Below are positions 21,537 to 34,073 of a DNA stretch of 64,000 nt, piece by piece (position 1 is the stretch's first letter; each line of letters begins with the position of its first letter). The stretch comes from an uncultured Lachnospiraceae bacterium. Its GTDB lineage: Bacteria; Bacillota; Clostridia; Lachnospirales; Lachnospiraceae. The stretch is from NCBI GenBank assembly GCA_902762955.1, contig CACWQH010000005.1, positions 49,931 to 113,930 on the forward strand. The letters run 5' to 3'. The notes beneath the pieces are model-generated. The model did no database searches. It saw nothing but the letters and a program-made list of their open reading frames with translations, and was not told where the DNA came from. Both the position numbers and the translations under genes were made by a program.

Positions 21537-22592
21537 ATGGCAGGAAGTCATATAGCCATACCTACCATACTTAAGGTGGGTAAGGGAACCATGAAAAATT
21601 TGGGAACATATCTTAAGGACAACGAATTTCAAAATGCTGTTATATATTTCGGCAACGGACTTATAGATATGTTTGGAAAGGATATAATAAAAAATCTTGA
21701 AAAGTCAGGTATAAATATACTTGATTATATGGAGCTTGATACTGTAGATATAAATGATATTATCAATCTCGCTTTTGATATAGATTCAAAGGCACAGGTG
21801 ATACTCGGTATAGGAGGCGGTAAGGTTATAGATACGGCAAAGTATGCTGCATATCTGCGTAAGCTTCCGTTTATAAGCATACCGACATCCGCCTCCAGTG
21901 ACGGCTTTTCATCAGCAAGTGCCTCTCTTATCGTAAACGGCAGAAGAACCTCTGTGCCGGCACGTATGGCTTACGGAATAGTTGTTGATACGGATATTAT
22001 AAAGAGTGCACCGGAGAAGTTTTTATATTCAGGCATAGGTGATATGGTTGCCAAGATTACATCATTGTATGACTGGCTTTTTGAGGCCGAAAAGGGTTAT
22101 TCCGTTATGAATGATTTTTCTGTTATGATTGCCAAAAAGGCAGTTAACAGCTTTGTCAGAACTCCTTTTGAAAGTATAAGGGATGATTTGTTTTTAAGGG
22201 AGCTTGTGGATTCACTTGCTATGAGCGGTATTGCAAATGAGATAGCAGGTGGAAGTACTCCTACCAGCGGAAGTGAGCACCTTATATCACATGCTCTTGA
22301 TAAAATGCTTGAAAGACCGCAGCTTCATGGTGTACAGGTAGGTATAGCGACTTATCTTATGAGCAGGGTTCAGGATCACAGATATGTAAGGGTAAATGCT
22401 ATATTTGAAAAGACCGGATTTTGGGATTATGTAAGTACACTTGATTTAAACAGGGATGATTATGAGAAGGCAATAGATATGGCACCTTCGATAAAGCCAC
22501 ACAGACATACCTATCTTCACGAGGAACAGTATAGGGAACTTGCCAAGAAAATATTGAGAGAGGACGAGGTACTTAAAAGAGTATTTGGTTAG
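21537..22592 (+). CDS. Glycerol-1-phosphate dehydrogenase-like protein (iron-containing ADH superfamily)
   Basis: GIGGGKVIDTAK, IPTSASSDGFSS, SGSEHLISHALD and HGVQVG motifs. Confidence 0.8.
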   Translation: MAGSHIAIPTILKVGKGTMKNLGTYLKDNEFQNAVIYFGNGLIDMFGKDIIKNLEKSGINILDYMELDTVDINDIINLAFDIDSKAQVILGIGGGKVIDTAKYAAYLRKLPFISIPTSASSDGFSSASASLIVNGRRTSVPARMAYGIVVDTDIIKSAPEKFLYSGIGDMVAKITSLYDWLFEAEKGYSVMNDFSVMIAKKAVNSFVRTPFESIRDDLFLRELVDSLAMSGIANEIAGGSTPTSGSEHLISHALDKMLERPQLHGVQVGIATYLMSRVQDHRYVRVNAIFEKTGFWDYVSTLDLNRDDYEKAIDMAPSIKPHRHTYLHEEQYRELAKKILREDEVLKRVFG

Positions 22593-22595
22593 ATT

Positions 22596-23225
22596 ATGAG
22601 ATATGAAGCATTGATGTTTGACTTAGATGGTACGCTTTGGGATGCAACAGAAAATATAATTGCGGCATGGAATATGGCTATCAGAGAATTTGATGAGCTT
22701 AAGGACAGAAGGATAAGTGAAAAGGAGCTTCAAAGTGTATTTGGTCTGCCTATGGATACGATTACGGATATTCTCTTTCCTGAACTTTCCGATGAACGCC
22801 AATGTGAGGTCATGAAAAGGTGCTGTGAGGTGGAAAATAATTATTTGAATGAGCACGGCGGAGTTTTATATCCGGGACTTTCAGATACCTTAAAAAAGCT
22901 TTGTGAGACACATAAGCTTTTTATAGTAAGTAACGGTCAGGCCGGTTATATAGAGTCCTTTCTTAATGCACATGAGCTTTGGGATTATTTTACTGATATA
23001 AGAAACTGGGGGGATAATCCTGTTTCCAAGGGCGAAAATATAAAGCTTGTTATGGAAAAAAATAATATAAAAAATGCTGCTTATATCGGAGATACTCAGG
23101 GAGATGCGGACGCTGCTGCTTATGCCGGTATAGATTTTATATTTGCAAGCTATGGCTTCGGTAAGGTAAAAGAATATAAATATTCGATAGATAGTATTAC
23201 TGAGCTTTTGAAGCTTGAGCTTTAG
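22596..23225 (+). CDS. HAD-family hydrolase
   Basis: FDLDGTL, VSNG and YIGDTQGD motifs. Confidence 0.9.
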   Translation: MRYEALMFDLDGTLWDATENIIAAWNMAIREFDELKDRRISEKELQSVFGLPMDTITDILFPELSDERQCEVMKRCCEVENNYLNEHGGVLYPGLSDTLKKLCETHKLFIVSNGQAGYIESFLNAHELWDYFTDIRNWGDNPVSKGENIKLVMEKNNIKNAAYIGDTQGDADAAAYAGIDFIFASYGFGKVKEYKYSIDSITELLKLEL

Positions 23226-23269
23226 TAGGTTGTAGGTTAAAGGAATATAAAAGATAAGGATGTGGTATT

Positions 23270-23536
23270 ATGTTTCATTATGAGTATAAGACAAAGGGAA
23301 CCTGTTCACAGCTTATAATGCTTGATTTGGATGGTGATAAGGTTCATAATGTTTCGTTTGTAAGAGGCTGTAACGGTAACTTAAAAGCTATTTCAAAGCT
23401 TGTTGAAGGACAGACTGTTGATTATATCGAGGGTATATTGAGTGGTGTTCAGTGTGGCATGAAGGGAACCTCCTGCGGTGACCAGTTGGCTAAGGCTGTA
23501 AGGGAAGCATATGAGGCCGAGAAGGCAGCTTCCTAA
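23270..23536 (+). CDS. Small TSCPD-domain protein (TIGR03905-like)
   Basis: TKGTCS, GCNGNL and GTSCGDQLA motifs. Confidence 0.85.
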   Translation: MFHYEYKTKGTCSQLIMLDLDGDKVHNVSFVRGCNGNLKAISKLVEGQTVDYIEGILSGVQCGMKGTSCGDQLAKAVREAYEAEKAAS

Positions 23537-23625
23537 AATCAATATTACATTTAGCTTAATGATGCCGTGTCAAAAAATAGGTAATATGTTTTCATACTAT
23601 AAGTGTATTTATTATGGAGGAAGTA

Positions 23626-24576
23626 ATGAATAACTATCTTGTATTTGATTGGGGCGGAACATTTTTAAAATATGCGGTAATAGATAAAAAAGCAAATATA
23701 ATTGAAAAGGATAAGGTTCCTACACCTCAGCCCACCGATAATAATGAGGCTGACAGAAAGGATTTTTTCAAGGTTATTGATGATATAGTTGCCGGATATA
23801 AGGAGAGAGTGGATGGAATTGCCATAAGTATGCCCGGAATGATTGATATTAACAGGGGTTACACTATGACAGCAGGCTGGCTTAAGTATCTTACAGGGAT
23901 GTATCTGGTTGATTATATGTCAACGAGATACGGTCTTAGGGTTGCTGTTCAAAATGACGGAAAATGTGCTGCACTTGCAGAGTATTGGAAGGGCAGCTTA
24001 AGTGATGTAAAAAACGGTGCGGTAATGGTACTTGGAACCGCTGTAGGCGGAGGAATAATAATTAACGGACAGCTTTATTCGGGTACACATTATTCAGCGG
24101 GAGAATACAGCTTTATGATTCTCGATGCCATGAACAGATATGAGTTCGGAGCAACCTGGGGAAGCTACGGTGCAAAGGGACTTATCAAAGAGGTATGCAC
24201 GCTTACGGGGGACGACCCTGAGGTGCTGGACGGAATAAAGCTTTTTGAACGTGCCGAAAAAGGAGAAAAGGAAGTCCTTAAGGGATTAAAGAATTATACG
24301 GATATATTGGCCGTAGGCTTATATAATCTTAACATTCTTCTTGACCTTGATAAGATAGCTGTAGGGGGAGGAATAAGCAAACAGCCACTTCTTATGGAGT
24401 ACATAAAGAAAAGTATAGAGGATTTTGATAAAAATAATCCTTTGAGAAGTTTTGATGACTATATACCACAGCCTAATGTGGTTGTTACAAAATTTAACAA
24501 TGATGCCAATCTGATAGGAGCATTGTTTAATTACAATTCAATTTATAAAGAATTTGGAAGGTTTAGAAAAAAATAG
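23626..24576 (+). CDS. ROK-family sugar kinase
   Basis: FDWGGT, NDGKCAALAE and LGTAVGGGI motifs; start set at ATG 23626 after GGAGG. Confidence 0.9.
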   Translation: MNNYLVFDWGGTFLKYAVIDKKANIIEKDKVPTPQPTDNNEADRKDFFKVIDDIVAGYKERVDGIAISMPGMIDINRGYTMTAGWLKYLTGMYLVDYMSTRYGLRVAVQNDGKCAALAEYWKGSLSDVKNGAVMVLGTAVGGGIIINGQLYSGTHYSAGEYSFMILDAMNRYEFGATWGSYGAKGLIKEVCTLTGDDPEVLDGIKLFERAEKGEKEVLKGLKNYTDILAVGLYNLNILLDLDKIAVGGGISKQPLLMEYIKKSIEDFDKNNPLRSFDDYIPQPNVVVTKFNNDANLIGALFNYNSIYKEFGRFRKK

Positions 24577-24581
24577 ATTAA

Positions 24582-26027
<1,446 letters not shown>

Positions 26028-26060
26028 TTTTACGGTTTTATGATTATTGGGAGATTTTAA

Positions 26061-28028
26061 ATGGAAAGATTGTATCAATATGATTTATGTGCATTGATAA
26101 TATTTGTCGCCATTTTATTTTCTGTGTATTTCAGAAGACTAAATGTAGGCAGGGTAAATAATGCCTTTATCAATATAATATATATCATGATGTTTGACAC
26201 AATATTTGAAATACTTCAAAATGCACCTCTCGGATTTCTTGGTGATCTGGGTAGAAATGAGACCTTCAGAACCATTTGCTATTACGGAGGGTTTATTACC
26301 CATGCCATGATAATGCCGTGTTATGTCGTATTTATCGGAATGATAAGCGGTACATGGTCAAGACTTATTCATAATAAGATATTTCATTGGGCTTATGTGA
26401 TTCCTTTTATGATTAATATTCTTGTGGTTCTTTCCAATCCTGTTAATCATATGCTTTTTACCCTTACCAGGGAAAATGATATCATAGTATATCACAGAAG
26501 ACCGTTAATATCTGTATTTTATATAGTTGCAGCTTATTATATGGTGGTATCCGTGATATACATAATGAAGACCAAAAGTATGATAGGAAGGGCAAAGACA
26601 GTTGCTCTGCTTGCAATTTTTCCTTGTAATATAATTGCGCTATTCATTCAGTTTATAGCTCCTGCAAATTCGGTTGAAATGTTTGCCATGAGTATATCTT
26701 CATTTTTAGTTACGGTTACGGTTCTTCGTGCAGAGGAGTTGGTGGATCCGGGTATAGGTTCAAGAACATTTCCGAGTTTTCATGAGGATATAAAAAGATA
26801 TTACAGATCTGACAAGGATGTATCTGTAATAATGATGAAGATAAAAAATGATGAGCCTATAGTTACTTTATTTGGTTCGACTATTCACAGGGAGCTTATT
26901 AAAGAGGTTATATCACATATAAAAGCAAACTATACCGAGCTGATTACACATACTAAGGTAATAATGAATATATATTATCTTTACTATGGTACCTTTGCAG
27001 TTATATTTGATAATTACGAGCATAAGGACGAGGATTTAATAAGACAGAAGACTGAAGCTCTTTTATATGAGTTAAACGATAATTTTGTTATGAATGATAA
27101 TCGTATGAATCTTGATATGTGTATGTGCTATATGAAGATTCCGGGTGATATACCTGATATCAATGATTTTGAATCCTTTATCGATTCCTTTGAAAAGACA
27201 ATTTCCAGTAAGGAGCTGGTGTTCTTTTCGGATATTGCTCCTGAGAGAAAGTTCCAGCTTAAGATGGATATAGACAAGATAATCAAAAAGGCGATAGATA
27301 AGGGCAGCTTTGAGATGTATTATCAGCCGATATATTCGCTTAAGGAAAAACGCTTTACCAGTGCAGAGGCTCTTATAAGACTCAAGGATGAAGAGGTTGG
27401 CTTTGTATCACCGGGACTTTTCATTCCGGCTGCGGAGAAAAACGGAGCAATCCATAGTATAGGTGATTTTGTTATAGATGATGTATTTAAATTTATATCA
27501 GAGAATTCCATTGAAAGCTACGGCCTTAATTATATTGAGATAAATCTTTCAACCATACAGTGTCTTCAAAACAGACTGCCGGAGCACATCAATGATAAGA
27601 TAAAGGAGTACAATATCTCAAAGGAAAAGATTAACTTTGAGGTGACAGAAACCGGTCGTGATTATGTAAGAGATATCATATATGATACAATTTACAGAAT
27701 ACATGATATGGATGTAACGCTTTCATTGGATGATTATGGTACAGGCTATTCCAATCTGCAAAAAATTGTTGCACTTCCTTTCAAGATAATTAAGATTGAT
27801 AAAAGCCTTGTAGATAATATGAATGATGCAAGGATGAGAGAGGTAATAATGCAGACAGTAAGCATGCTAAAGAAAATAGGTGCTGAGATAGTTGTCGAGG
27901 GTGTTGAGAGCAAAGAGGCATCTGATTGGTTTGAAAATATAGGGTGTGATTTTATACAAGGCTATTATTATGCAAAGCCAATGCCTAAGCAGGAATTTTT
28001 AAAATTTATAAGGCAGCATAATGGATGA
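26061..28028 (+). CDS. Membrane-bound EAL phosphodiesterase with a degenerate GGDEF-like domain
   Basis: About 7 TM N-terminus; YYQPI, AEALIRL, LDDYGTGYS, IKIDKS and EGVE motifs; no GGDEF signature (YYGTF at the probable site). Confidence 0.9.
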   Translation: MERLYQYDLCALIIFVAILFSVYFRRLNVGRVNNAFINIIYIMMFDTIFEILQNAPLGFLGDLGRNETFRTICYYGGFITHAMIMPCYVVFIGMISGTWSRLIHNKIFHWAYVIPFMINILVVLSNPVNHMLFTLTRENDIIVYHRRPLISVFYIVAAYYMVVSVIYIMKTKSMIGRAKTVALLAIFPCNIIALFIQFIAPANSVEMFAMSISSFLVTVTVLRAEELVDPGIGSRTFPSFHEDIKRYYRSDKDVSVIMMKIKNDEPIVTLFGSTIHRELIKEVISHIKANYTELITHTKVIMNIYYLYYGTFAVIFDNYEHKDEDLIRQKTEALLYELNDNFVMNDNRMNLDMCMCYMKIPGDIPDINDFESFIDSFEKTISSKELVFFSDIAPERKFQLKMDIDKIIKKAIDKGSFEMYYQPIYSLKEKRFTSAEALIRLKDEEVGFVSPGLFIPAAEKNGAIHSIGDFVIDDVFKFISENSIESYGLNYIEINLSTIQCLQNRLPEHINDKIKEYNISKEKINFEVTETGRDYVRDIIYDTIYRIHDMDVTLSLDDYGTGYSNLQKIVALPFKIIKIDKSLVDNMNDARMREVIMQTVSMLKKIGAEIVVEGVESKEASDWFENIGCDFIQGYYYAKPMPKQEFLKFIRQHNG

Positions 28029-28083
28029 TATGACATCAAGTGTGTCAATTATAACTGTTTCTTTTGCAGATGAGGAGGAAAAT

Positions 28084-28338
28084 ATGCTTTCAGGCGGTAT
28101 GGAAGAAATTGATGTACATGGAATGACGGTGGATGAAGCCGTAAAGGCAGTCATTAAAAAGGTTAATTCTGCAAGTGGAAGCGTTTACAGGATTAAAGTA
28201 ATTCATGGCTATCATGGCGGTACCAGAATTAAAGAAGCCATTGAGGATGAATTTGCATATAATCGTGTCCCTAAGGTAAAAAGAGTTGCAGGAGGGAGCA
28301 ATCCGGGGATAACAGAACTGATTTTGAGAGAGTTTTAA
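28084..28338 (+). CDS. Stand-alone Smr-domain protein
   Basis: IDVHGMTVDEA, VIHGYHGG and NPGIT motifs; start set at ATG 28084 after GAGGAGG. Confidence 0.85.
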   Translation: MLSGGMEEIDVHGMTVDEAVKAVIKKVNSASGSVYRIKVIHGYHGGTRIKEAIEDEFAYNRVPKVKRVAGGSNPGITELILREF

Positions 28339-28364
28339 AAATAATATAAAGAGGAGAGAGAAAA

Positions 28365-29747
28365 ATGAGTGAAAAGCGTAGTTCATTTTCCAGTTCACTG
28401 GGATTTGTAATTGCAGCTGCAGGAAGTGCAGTAGGATTAGGTAATATATGGAGGTTTCCGTATCTTGCCGCAAAGGATGGAGGAGGAATTTTTTTAGTTA
28501 CATATCTGATACTTGCCGTAACCTTTGGTTTCACATTACTTATAACGGAGATAAGTATCGGACGAAAGACTAAGCAAAGTCCGCTTACCGCATATGGTAT
28601 ACTTCATCCGAAGTGGAAGGGACTTGGTGTAATTGCCGTAATAGTTCCGTTTATGATACTTCCGTATTATTGCATAATCGGTGGCTGGGTATTAAAGTAT
28701 TTTGTGGCATTTGTAACCGGAAACGGATTGGAGGCTGCCGAGGATGGCTATTTTGGAGGATTTATAACAGATATCGGTTCACCGATAATCTACAATATAA
28801 TTTTCCTTGCAGCGACTGTATTTGTAATATATAAGGGTGTCAATAAGGGTATCGAGGCTATGTCAAAGATACTTATGCCTATACTTCTTGTTCTTGTAAT
28901 AGGTGTAGCGATTTTCTCGCTTACAATACACAGCAAGGAAACCGGAAGAACCGGTTTGGAAGGCTTCATGGTATATGTTGTTCCTGATGTATCGGGAATG
29001 GGCATAAAGGATTTCCTTGTGGTAATCATGGATGCCATGGGTCAGCTTTTCTACAGTATTAGTGTTGCTATGGGTATCATGGTTGCTTATGGCTCATATT
29101 TTAAGGATGACCACAATCTGGTTAAGTCAGTAAACCAGATAGAGATATTTGATACACTTGTTGCATTTTTAGCCGGTATTATGATAATCCCTGCCGTATA
29201 TGTATTTATGGGTAAGGAAGGAATGACAGGCGGTCCGGGACTTATGTTTGTTGCTATACCTAAGGTATTTGCCGAGATGGGTAAGATCGGAAATGTACTC
29301 GGAGCAGTATTTTTCCTTATGGTTCTTTTTGCGGCACTTACCAGCTCCATATCAGTCCTTGAAGCGGTTGTATCAAGTCTTATGGATCAGTTCAAGGTAA
29401 GCAGACGTAAGGCTACCATCATGGAGGGTGTTATAGCTCTTGTTCTGGGAATAGTTATCTGTCTTGGTTATAATAAGCTTTACTTTGATATTAAGCTTCC
29501 AAACGGATCAAATGCACAGCTTCTTGATATCTTCGATTACGTAAGCAACAACATACTTATGCCAATCGTTGCAATCGGAACCTGTATACTTATCGGTTGG
29601 ATAGTAAAGCCAAAGACAGTTATAGATGAAGCTACCAAGAATGGTGAAAAGTTCGGAAGAAGGAAATTATACATCGCCATGATAAAGGTTGTGGCACCGA
29701 TTCTTCTGTTCATATTGTTATTAGGAGCTTTTGGAGTGTTTTCATAA
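28365..29747 (+). CDS. Sodium-dependent transporter, NSS/SNF family
   Basis: AGSAVGLGNIWRFPY, GQLFYSIS and GPGLMF motifs. Confidence 0.95.
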   Translation: MSEKRSSFSSSLGFVIAAAGSAVGLGNIWRFPYLAAKDGGGIFLVTYLILAVTFGFTLLITEISIGRKTKQSPLTAYGILHPKWKGLGVIAVIVPFMILPYYCIIGGWVLKYFVAFVTGNGLEAAEDGYFGGFITDIGSPIIYNIIFLAATVFVIYKGVNKGIEAMSKILMPILLVLVIGVAIFSLTIHSKETGRTGLEGFMVYVVPDVSGMGIKDFLVVIMDAMGQLFYSISVAMGIMVAYGSYFKDDHNLVKSVNQIEIFDTLVAFLAGIMIIPAVYVFMGKEGMTGGPGLMFVAIPKVFAEMGKIGNVLGAVFFLMVLFAALTSSISVLEAVVSSLMDQFKVSRRKATIMEGVIALVLGIVICLGYNKLYFDIKLPNGSNAQLLDIFDYVSNNILMPIVAIGTCILIGWIVKPKTVIDEATKNGEKFGRRKLYIAMIKVVAPILLFILLLGAFGVFS

Positions 29748-29764
29748 AAGAATAAGTTTGATAT

Positions 29765-30041
29765 GGGGCGTGAGCCTTGTCACATAAAATAAAACAACTT
29801 AAAAGGGCATAAATAAGAAGATGGGTAGAGAATGATTAACCCGATTTGCGTAAAATCAATAGCGAAAATTCGCAATAGGTGCGTTAAAAAAATCGAACTG
29901 TTTGAGCGTAGCGAGTTTTCGATTTTTAGCACCTATAAAGAATTTGAGCGCTTTGATTTAGCAAATCGATGGTTTGTTCTCTACCCATCTTCTTATTGTG
30001 CCCTTTCGTGGAGCGATAATATGTGACAAGGCTCACGCCCC
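29765..30041. repeat. Long imperfect palindrome, element P2 (277 bp)
   Basis: Perfect 22-bp terminal IR GGGGCGTGAGCCTTGTCACATA; inner pairs AATAAGAAGATGGGTAGAGAA/TTCTCTACCCATCTTCTTATT; apex TGTTTGAGCGTAGCGAGTT at 29899-29917. Confidence 0.95.
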
Positions 30042-30050
30042 TTGACACAC

Positions 30051-31415
30051 TTATCTGTCTGCGATAGGTATATATTCTCTGTCTTCGGCTATAGACATGT
30101 AAGCCGGACGGATAATTTTATTTACGTTTATGAGCTCTTCAATACGGTGTGAGCTCCAGCCTGCGATTCTGGCGACTGCAAAGAGTGGAGTGAAAAGCTC
30201 CTCCGGTATGTTAAGCATGCTGTATACGAAGCCACTGTAAAAGTCTACGTTAGGACTTACGCCTTTATATATCTTACGCTTTTCGGCAATTATTTCCTTG
30301 GCTGCTTCGGCGACATTTACATAAAGGTGATATTCTTCCTCGCGGTTTTTCTCCTTTGCAAGTTTACCGACGAACTTACCGAAGATATTGGCACGAGGGT
30401 CGGAAATGGAGTAAACTGCATGTCCCATACCATATATAAGACCGGATTTATCAAAGGCTTTCTTGTCAAGTATATCGCACAGATAGTCACGTATCTGTCC
30501 TTTGTCTTCCCAGTCATTTACATTTTCCTTTAAATCATCGAACATCTGCTTAACCTTGACATTTGCACCGCCATGCTTTGGACCCTTAAGTGAGCAAATA
30601 GATGCAGCAACAGAAGAGTAGGTATCAGTTCCGGAAGAAGTAACAACGTGCGTTGTAAAGGTTGAGTTGTTACCGCCGCCATGCTCTGCATGAAGAACGA
30701 GTGCAAGATCAAGCACCTTGGCTTCAAGGTCTGTATACTGCTTGTTCTTTCTTAAAAGCCTTAAGAAGTTTTCAGCTGTTGAAAGCTCCGGTTTAGGATT
30801 ATGTATGTAAAGTCCTTTGCCCAATTCATAATGCCTGTAGGCAAGATAGGAGTATACAGCAAGAGAAGGGAAATTGGCTATAAGCTCGATGCTCTGCCTC
30901 AAAACATTTGGTATGCTTATGTCCGAGGTGTTAAGGTCGTACGAGCTTAGATTAAGTATTCCTTTAGCAAGAGAATTCATTATGTCCTTACTTGGCGTTC
31001 TTAAAATAATATCTCTTACAAAGTTGGTTGGAAGAGAGCGGTATGAACCGAGTAAAACATTAAATTCATTTAATTTTTCTATGGTCGGAAGCTCACCGAA
31101 TAATAAGAGATATACTGTTTCCTCATAACCAAATCTGTTTTCGTTTGAAAAACCCTTTACAAGATTGTATATATTTATTCCTCGATAATAAAGCTCGCCG
31201 TCTATAGGGATAAGCTCACCATTAACCTTTTTATAGGCATTGATAGTAGAGATGTCCGTAAGTCCGGTAAGGACACCACGGCCATCCAAATCTCTAAGAC
31301 CACGTTTTACTTCATATTTGGTATATAATTCCTGATCGATTATATCATTTGTCTGACATTTTTTTGCTAACTCGCGAAAGATTGGAGTTACTGCAGAATA
31401 ATCATTTCTGTTCAT
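30051..31415 (-). CDS. gltA: Citrate synthase (Si-type family)
   Basis: LHAEHGGGNNSTF, GPKHGGAN, YGMGHAVY and PNVDFYSG motifs. Confidence 0.93.
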   Translation of the reverse strand: MNRNDYSAVTPIFRELAKKCQTNDIIDQELYTKYEVKRGLRDLDGRGVLTGLTDISTINAYKKVNGELIPIDGELYYRGINIYNLVKGFSNENRFGYEETVYLLLFGELPTIEKLNEFNVLLGSYRSLPTNFVRDIILRTPSKDIMNSLAKGILNLSSYDLNTSDISIPNVLRQSIELIANFPSLAVYSYLAYRHYELGKGLYIHNPKPELSTAENFLRLLRKNKQYTDLEAKVLDLALVLHAEHGGGNNSTFTTHVVTSSGTDTYSSVAASICSLKGPKHGGANVKVKQMFDDLKENVNDWEDKGQIRDYLCDILDKKAFDKSGLIYGMGHAVYSISDPRANIFGKFVGKLAKEKNREEEYHLYVNVAEAAKEIIAEKRKIYKGVSPNVDFYSGFVYSMLNIPEELFTPLFAVARIAGWSSHRIEELINVNKIIRPAYMSIAEDREYIPIADR

Positions 31416-31693
31416 TTATATCACATCCTTTTATTTACAAAAATAATATAACATATAAACGATATATTTGGCAAATTAATTAATGTAAATAAACTGTAAA
31501 CAAATAGTAAAATATGGCAGCAAATCAGGCCACGCAGATAAAAATGCCGATGAAAAAATTTGAAGAAAATGGTAAATTATACATTATATTAAGGTTGCAT
31601 AAATCATAAAATCATAATAAAATGGAAGCTGATGAAATCTATAAAAAAAATCAGATGATATTTTTAATATATTGAGATAGGAGAGACAAATAT

Positions 31694-33166
31694 ATGATTA
31701 CCAACGATGAGGGTATAGTACATTTAAAACATAAGATAATTGAAGAGGTAGCCAGACTTGCATGGGAGGATAATCTCACTGAAGAGTCTAAAAATGAGCT
31801 GGTATATAGGATTATACCGGGACCAAAGGCTAATTACAGGTGTTGTATATACAAGGAAAGAGAATTGGTAAGACAGAGGATAAGACTTGCTGAAGGTCTT
31901 TGCCCTACACCTGAAGATGAATCCGACAATGTTATACAGATACTTAAACCGGCATGTGAGGAGTGTCCGATATCGGCATATACTGTTACGGATAACTGTC
32001 GTCTGTGTGTAGGTAAGCCGTGTCAGAGCTCATGTAATTTTGGGGCTATATCCATAGGCCACCACCGCTCACATATCGATGTATTGAAGTGTAAGGAGTG
32101 TGGTAAATGTGCCGCTGCCTGTCCGTATTCTGCTATAGCACATCTTGAGAGACCATGTAAAAAGGCATGTCCTACAGGAGCGATTACATATGACGAAAAT
32201 GGTCTTTGTATGATAGATGAGAGCAAATGTGTACAGTGTGGTCATTGTATCCATGCTTGTCCGTTCGGTGCTATTTCTTCTAAATCATATCTGGTGGATA
32301 TTATAAGAGAGATAAAGGCCGGTAAAGAGGTTATAGCTATGTGTGCGCCTGCTACAGAAGGTCAGTTCGGCAAGGATATAACTATGGCATCGATTAAAGT
32401 CGGACTTATGGAGATGGGATTTTCTGACATGGTTGAGGTAGGACTTGGCGGTGATATGACTGCCGCTTATGAGTCCATTGAATGGGCAGAAGCTTTGGAG
32501 GAAGGCAGAAAGATGACAACCTCCTGTTGCCCTGCATTTATAAATATGATGAGAAAGCAGTTCCCGGAGCAGTTTGAGAATAATATGTCTACAACTGTTT
32601 CGCCTATGTGTGCGATATCAAGATATCTTAAGGCTACACATCCGGGATGTGTGACAGTATTTGTAGGACCATGTATCGCCAAAAAGGCAGAGTCCCATGA
32701 TAAATCGGTTCCTGATAATGCAGATTATGTAATGACCTACGGCGAGTTCAGAGCCTTGCTTCGTTCAAAGGATATTGAACTTAAGCCTGTGGATGAAAGC
32801 TATCAGGAGGCTTCTGTATGGGGTAAGAGATTTGCTGCTTCAGGCGGAGTTGCCAATGCTGTTCTTGAGTGTATGAAGGAAAGAGGAAATGATACAGAGG
32901 GTATTACACTTAAGAAATGTGCCGGTGGAGATGAGTGTAAAAAGACCTTGCTTATGCTCAAAACAGGAAGACTTGAGGAGGATTTTGTTGAGGGCATGAT
33001 GTGTCCTGGAGGATGTGTCGGTGGTCCGTCAAAGCATAAAACAGAGGTTGAAATTACGAGAGCCAGAGAGGCACTTCTTTCTGCAGCGGATAAGAGAGAG
33101 GTTTTAGAAAATCTGAAGCAGTATCCGATGGATAAGTTTTCGATGTTCAGGGATGGACATATGTAG
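31694..33166 (+). CDS. Monomeric [FeFe]-hydrogenase with N-terminal 4Fe-4S domains (group B-like)
   Basis: H-cluster motifs TSCCPA, GPCIAKKAE and EGMMCPGGCVGG; several CxxCxxCxxxC ferredoxin motifs. Confidence 0.9.
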   Translation: MITNDEGIVHLKHKIIEEVARLAWEDNLTEESKNELVYRIIPGPKANYRCCIYKERELVRQRIRLAEGLCPTPEDESDNVIQILKPACEECPISAYTVTDNCRLCVGKPCQSSCNFGAISIGHHRSHIDVLKCKECGKCAAACPYSAIAHLERPCKKACPTGAITYDENGLCMIDESKCVQCGHCIHACPFGAISSKSYLVDIIREIKAGKEVIAMCAPATEGQFGKDITMASIKVGLMEMGFSDMVEVGLGGDMTAAYESIEWAEALEEGRKMTTSCCPAFINMMRKQFPEQFENNMSTTVSPMCAISRYLKATHPGCVTVFVGPCIAKKAESHDKSVPDNADYVMTYGEFRALLRSKDIELKPVDESYQEASVWGKRFAASGGVANAVLECMKERGNDTEGITLKKCAGGDECKKTLLMLKTGRLEEDFVEGMMCPGGCVGGPSKHKTEVEITRAREALLSAADKREVLENLKQYPMDKFSMFRDGHM

Positions 33167-33176
33167 GTGAGATTAT

Positions 33177-34073
33177 ATGAGTACAAAGGACAGAGTGCTT
33201 AAGGCACTTGAAGAAAAAAAAGGAAGCTACATATCGGGAGAGGAGCTTGCAAAAGCTATCGGTGTTTCGAGAAATTCTGTCTGGAAGGCTGTGCGTGAAT
33301 TAAAGGATGTCGGTTATAAAATCGATTCGGTTACTAACAGGGGATATAGCTTAAGTAAGACGAGTGATATTATCTCTGCCCAGGGTATAGCAGCATATCT
33401 TTATAATAAAGATGATGCATCAAATATCGAGGTTTATGATGAAATACCATCTACAAGCCGCCTTGCTAAAGAAGAGGCTGTTATGGATAATCTGCATAAG
33501 CACGTTATAATTGCTAAAACCCAGACACAGGGAAGAGGACACGGAACCAAAAGCTTTGATTCACCTGAAGGCGGAATATATTTTAGCGTTATCATATCAC
33601 AAAAAAACATAGAACAGAAAAATCTGCCGGTATTTGCTGCAGTTGCTGTTTGTGATGCCATTGGTAAATACAAGAGTGATATTCGTGTAAAATGGATAAA
33701 CAATATATATTTAAATGATAAGAAAATATGCGGCATACTTACGGAAAGTATATCAGATATGGAGACAGGTGAGATAAGCTCGTATATAATCGGAATAGGT
33801 ATCAATTATAAGGTTGATAATAAAAACGAGCTTATTGCAGATATACTTAACAGATTATTTTATCCGGATGTTTACTATCAGGATAAAAATATTATAGAAA
33901 TCTATCAGGATAAATTATTAAATATTAATGAAAGAGTCAGATTTTTACTTCGTGGTGAAAAAGAGACGGAGTTTTTTGCGACTATTCTTGGTGTAGACGA
34001 AGATGGAAGATTGGTTGTAAGTATGGATGACGGTACAAAAAGATATTTAAAAAAGGGCGAGATTATAGATTGA
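33177..34073 (+). CDS. birA: BirA-type biotin ligase/repressor with N-terminal HTH
   Basis: ISGEELAKAIGVSRNSVWK HTH; QTQGRGHG, VKWINN, KKICGIL and GIGIN (partly divergent ligase motifs). Confidence 0.85.
   Translation: MSTKDRVLKALEEKKGSYISGEELAKAIGVSRNSVWKAVRELKDVGYKIDSVTNRGYSLSKTSDIISAQGIAAYLYNKDDASNIEVYDEIPSTSRLAKEEAVMDNLHKHVIIAKTQTQGRGHGTKSFDSPEGGIYFSVIISQKNIEQKNLPVFAAVAVCDAIGKYKSDIRVKWINNIYLNDKKICGILTESISDMETGEISSYIIGIGINYKVDNKNELIADILNRLFYPDVYYQDKNIIEIYQDKLLNINERVRFLLRGEKETEFFATILGVDEDGRLVVSMDDGTKRYLKKGEIID

Noticed and set aside
29832-30026. 64-aa ORF inside P2, and similar ORFs at 13090-13302 and 37779-37979 plus the first ~45 codons of 37084-37743
   Set aside because: They are translations of palindrome, tRNA or repeat DNA with no convincing SD or protein features.
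29765-30041. Integron attC cassette array or intact IS
   Set aside because: No integrase or transposase, no cassette ORFs between elements, no clear target-site duplication, and lengths exceed typical attC sites. Only a structural analogy is kept.
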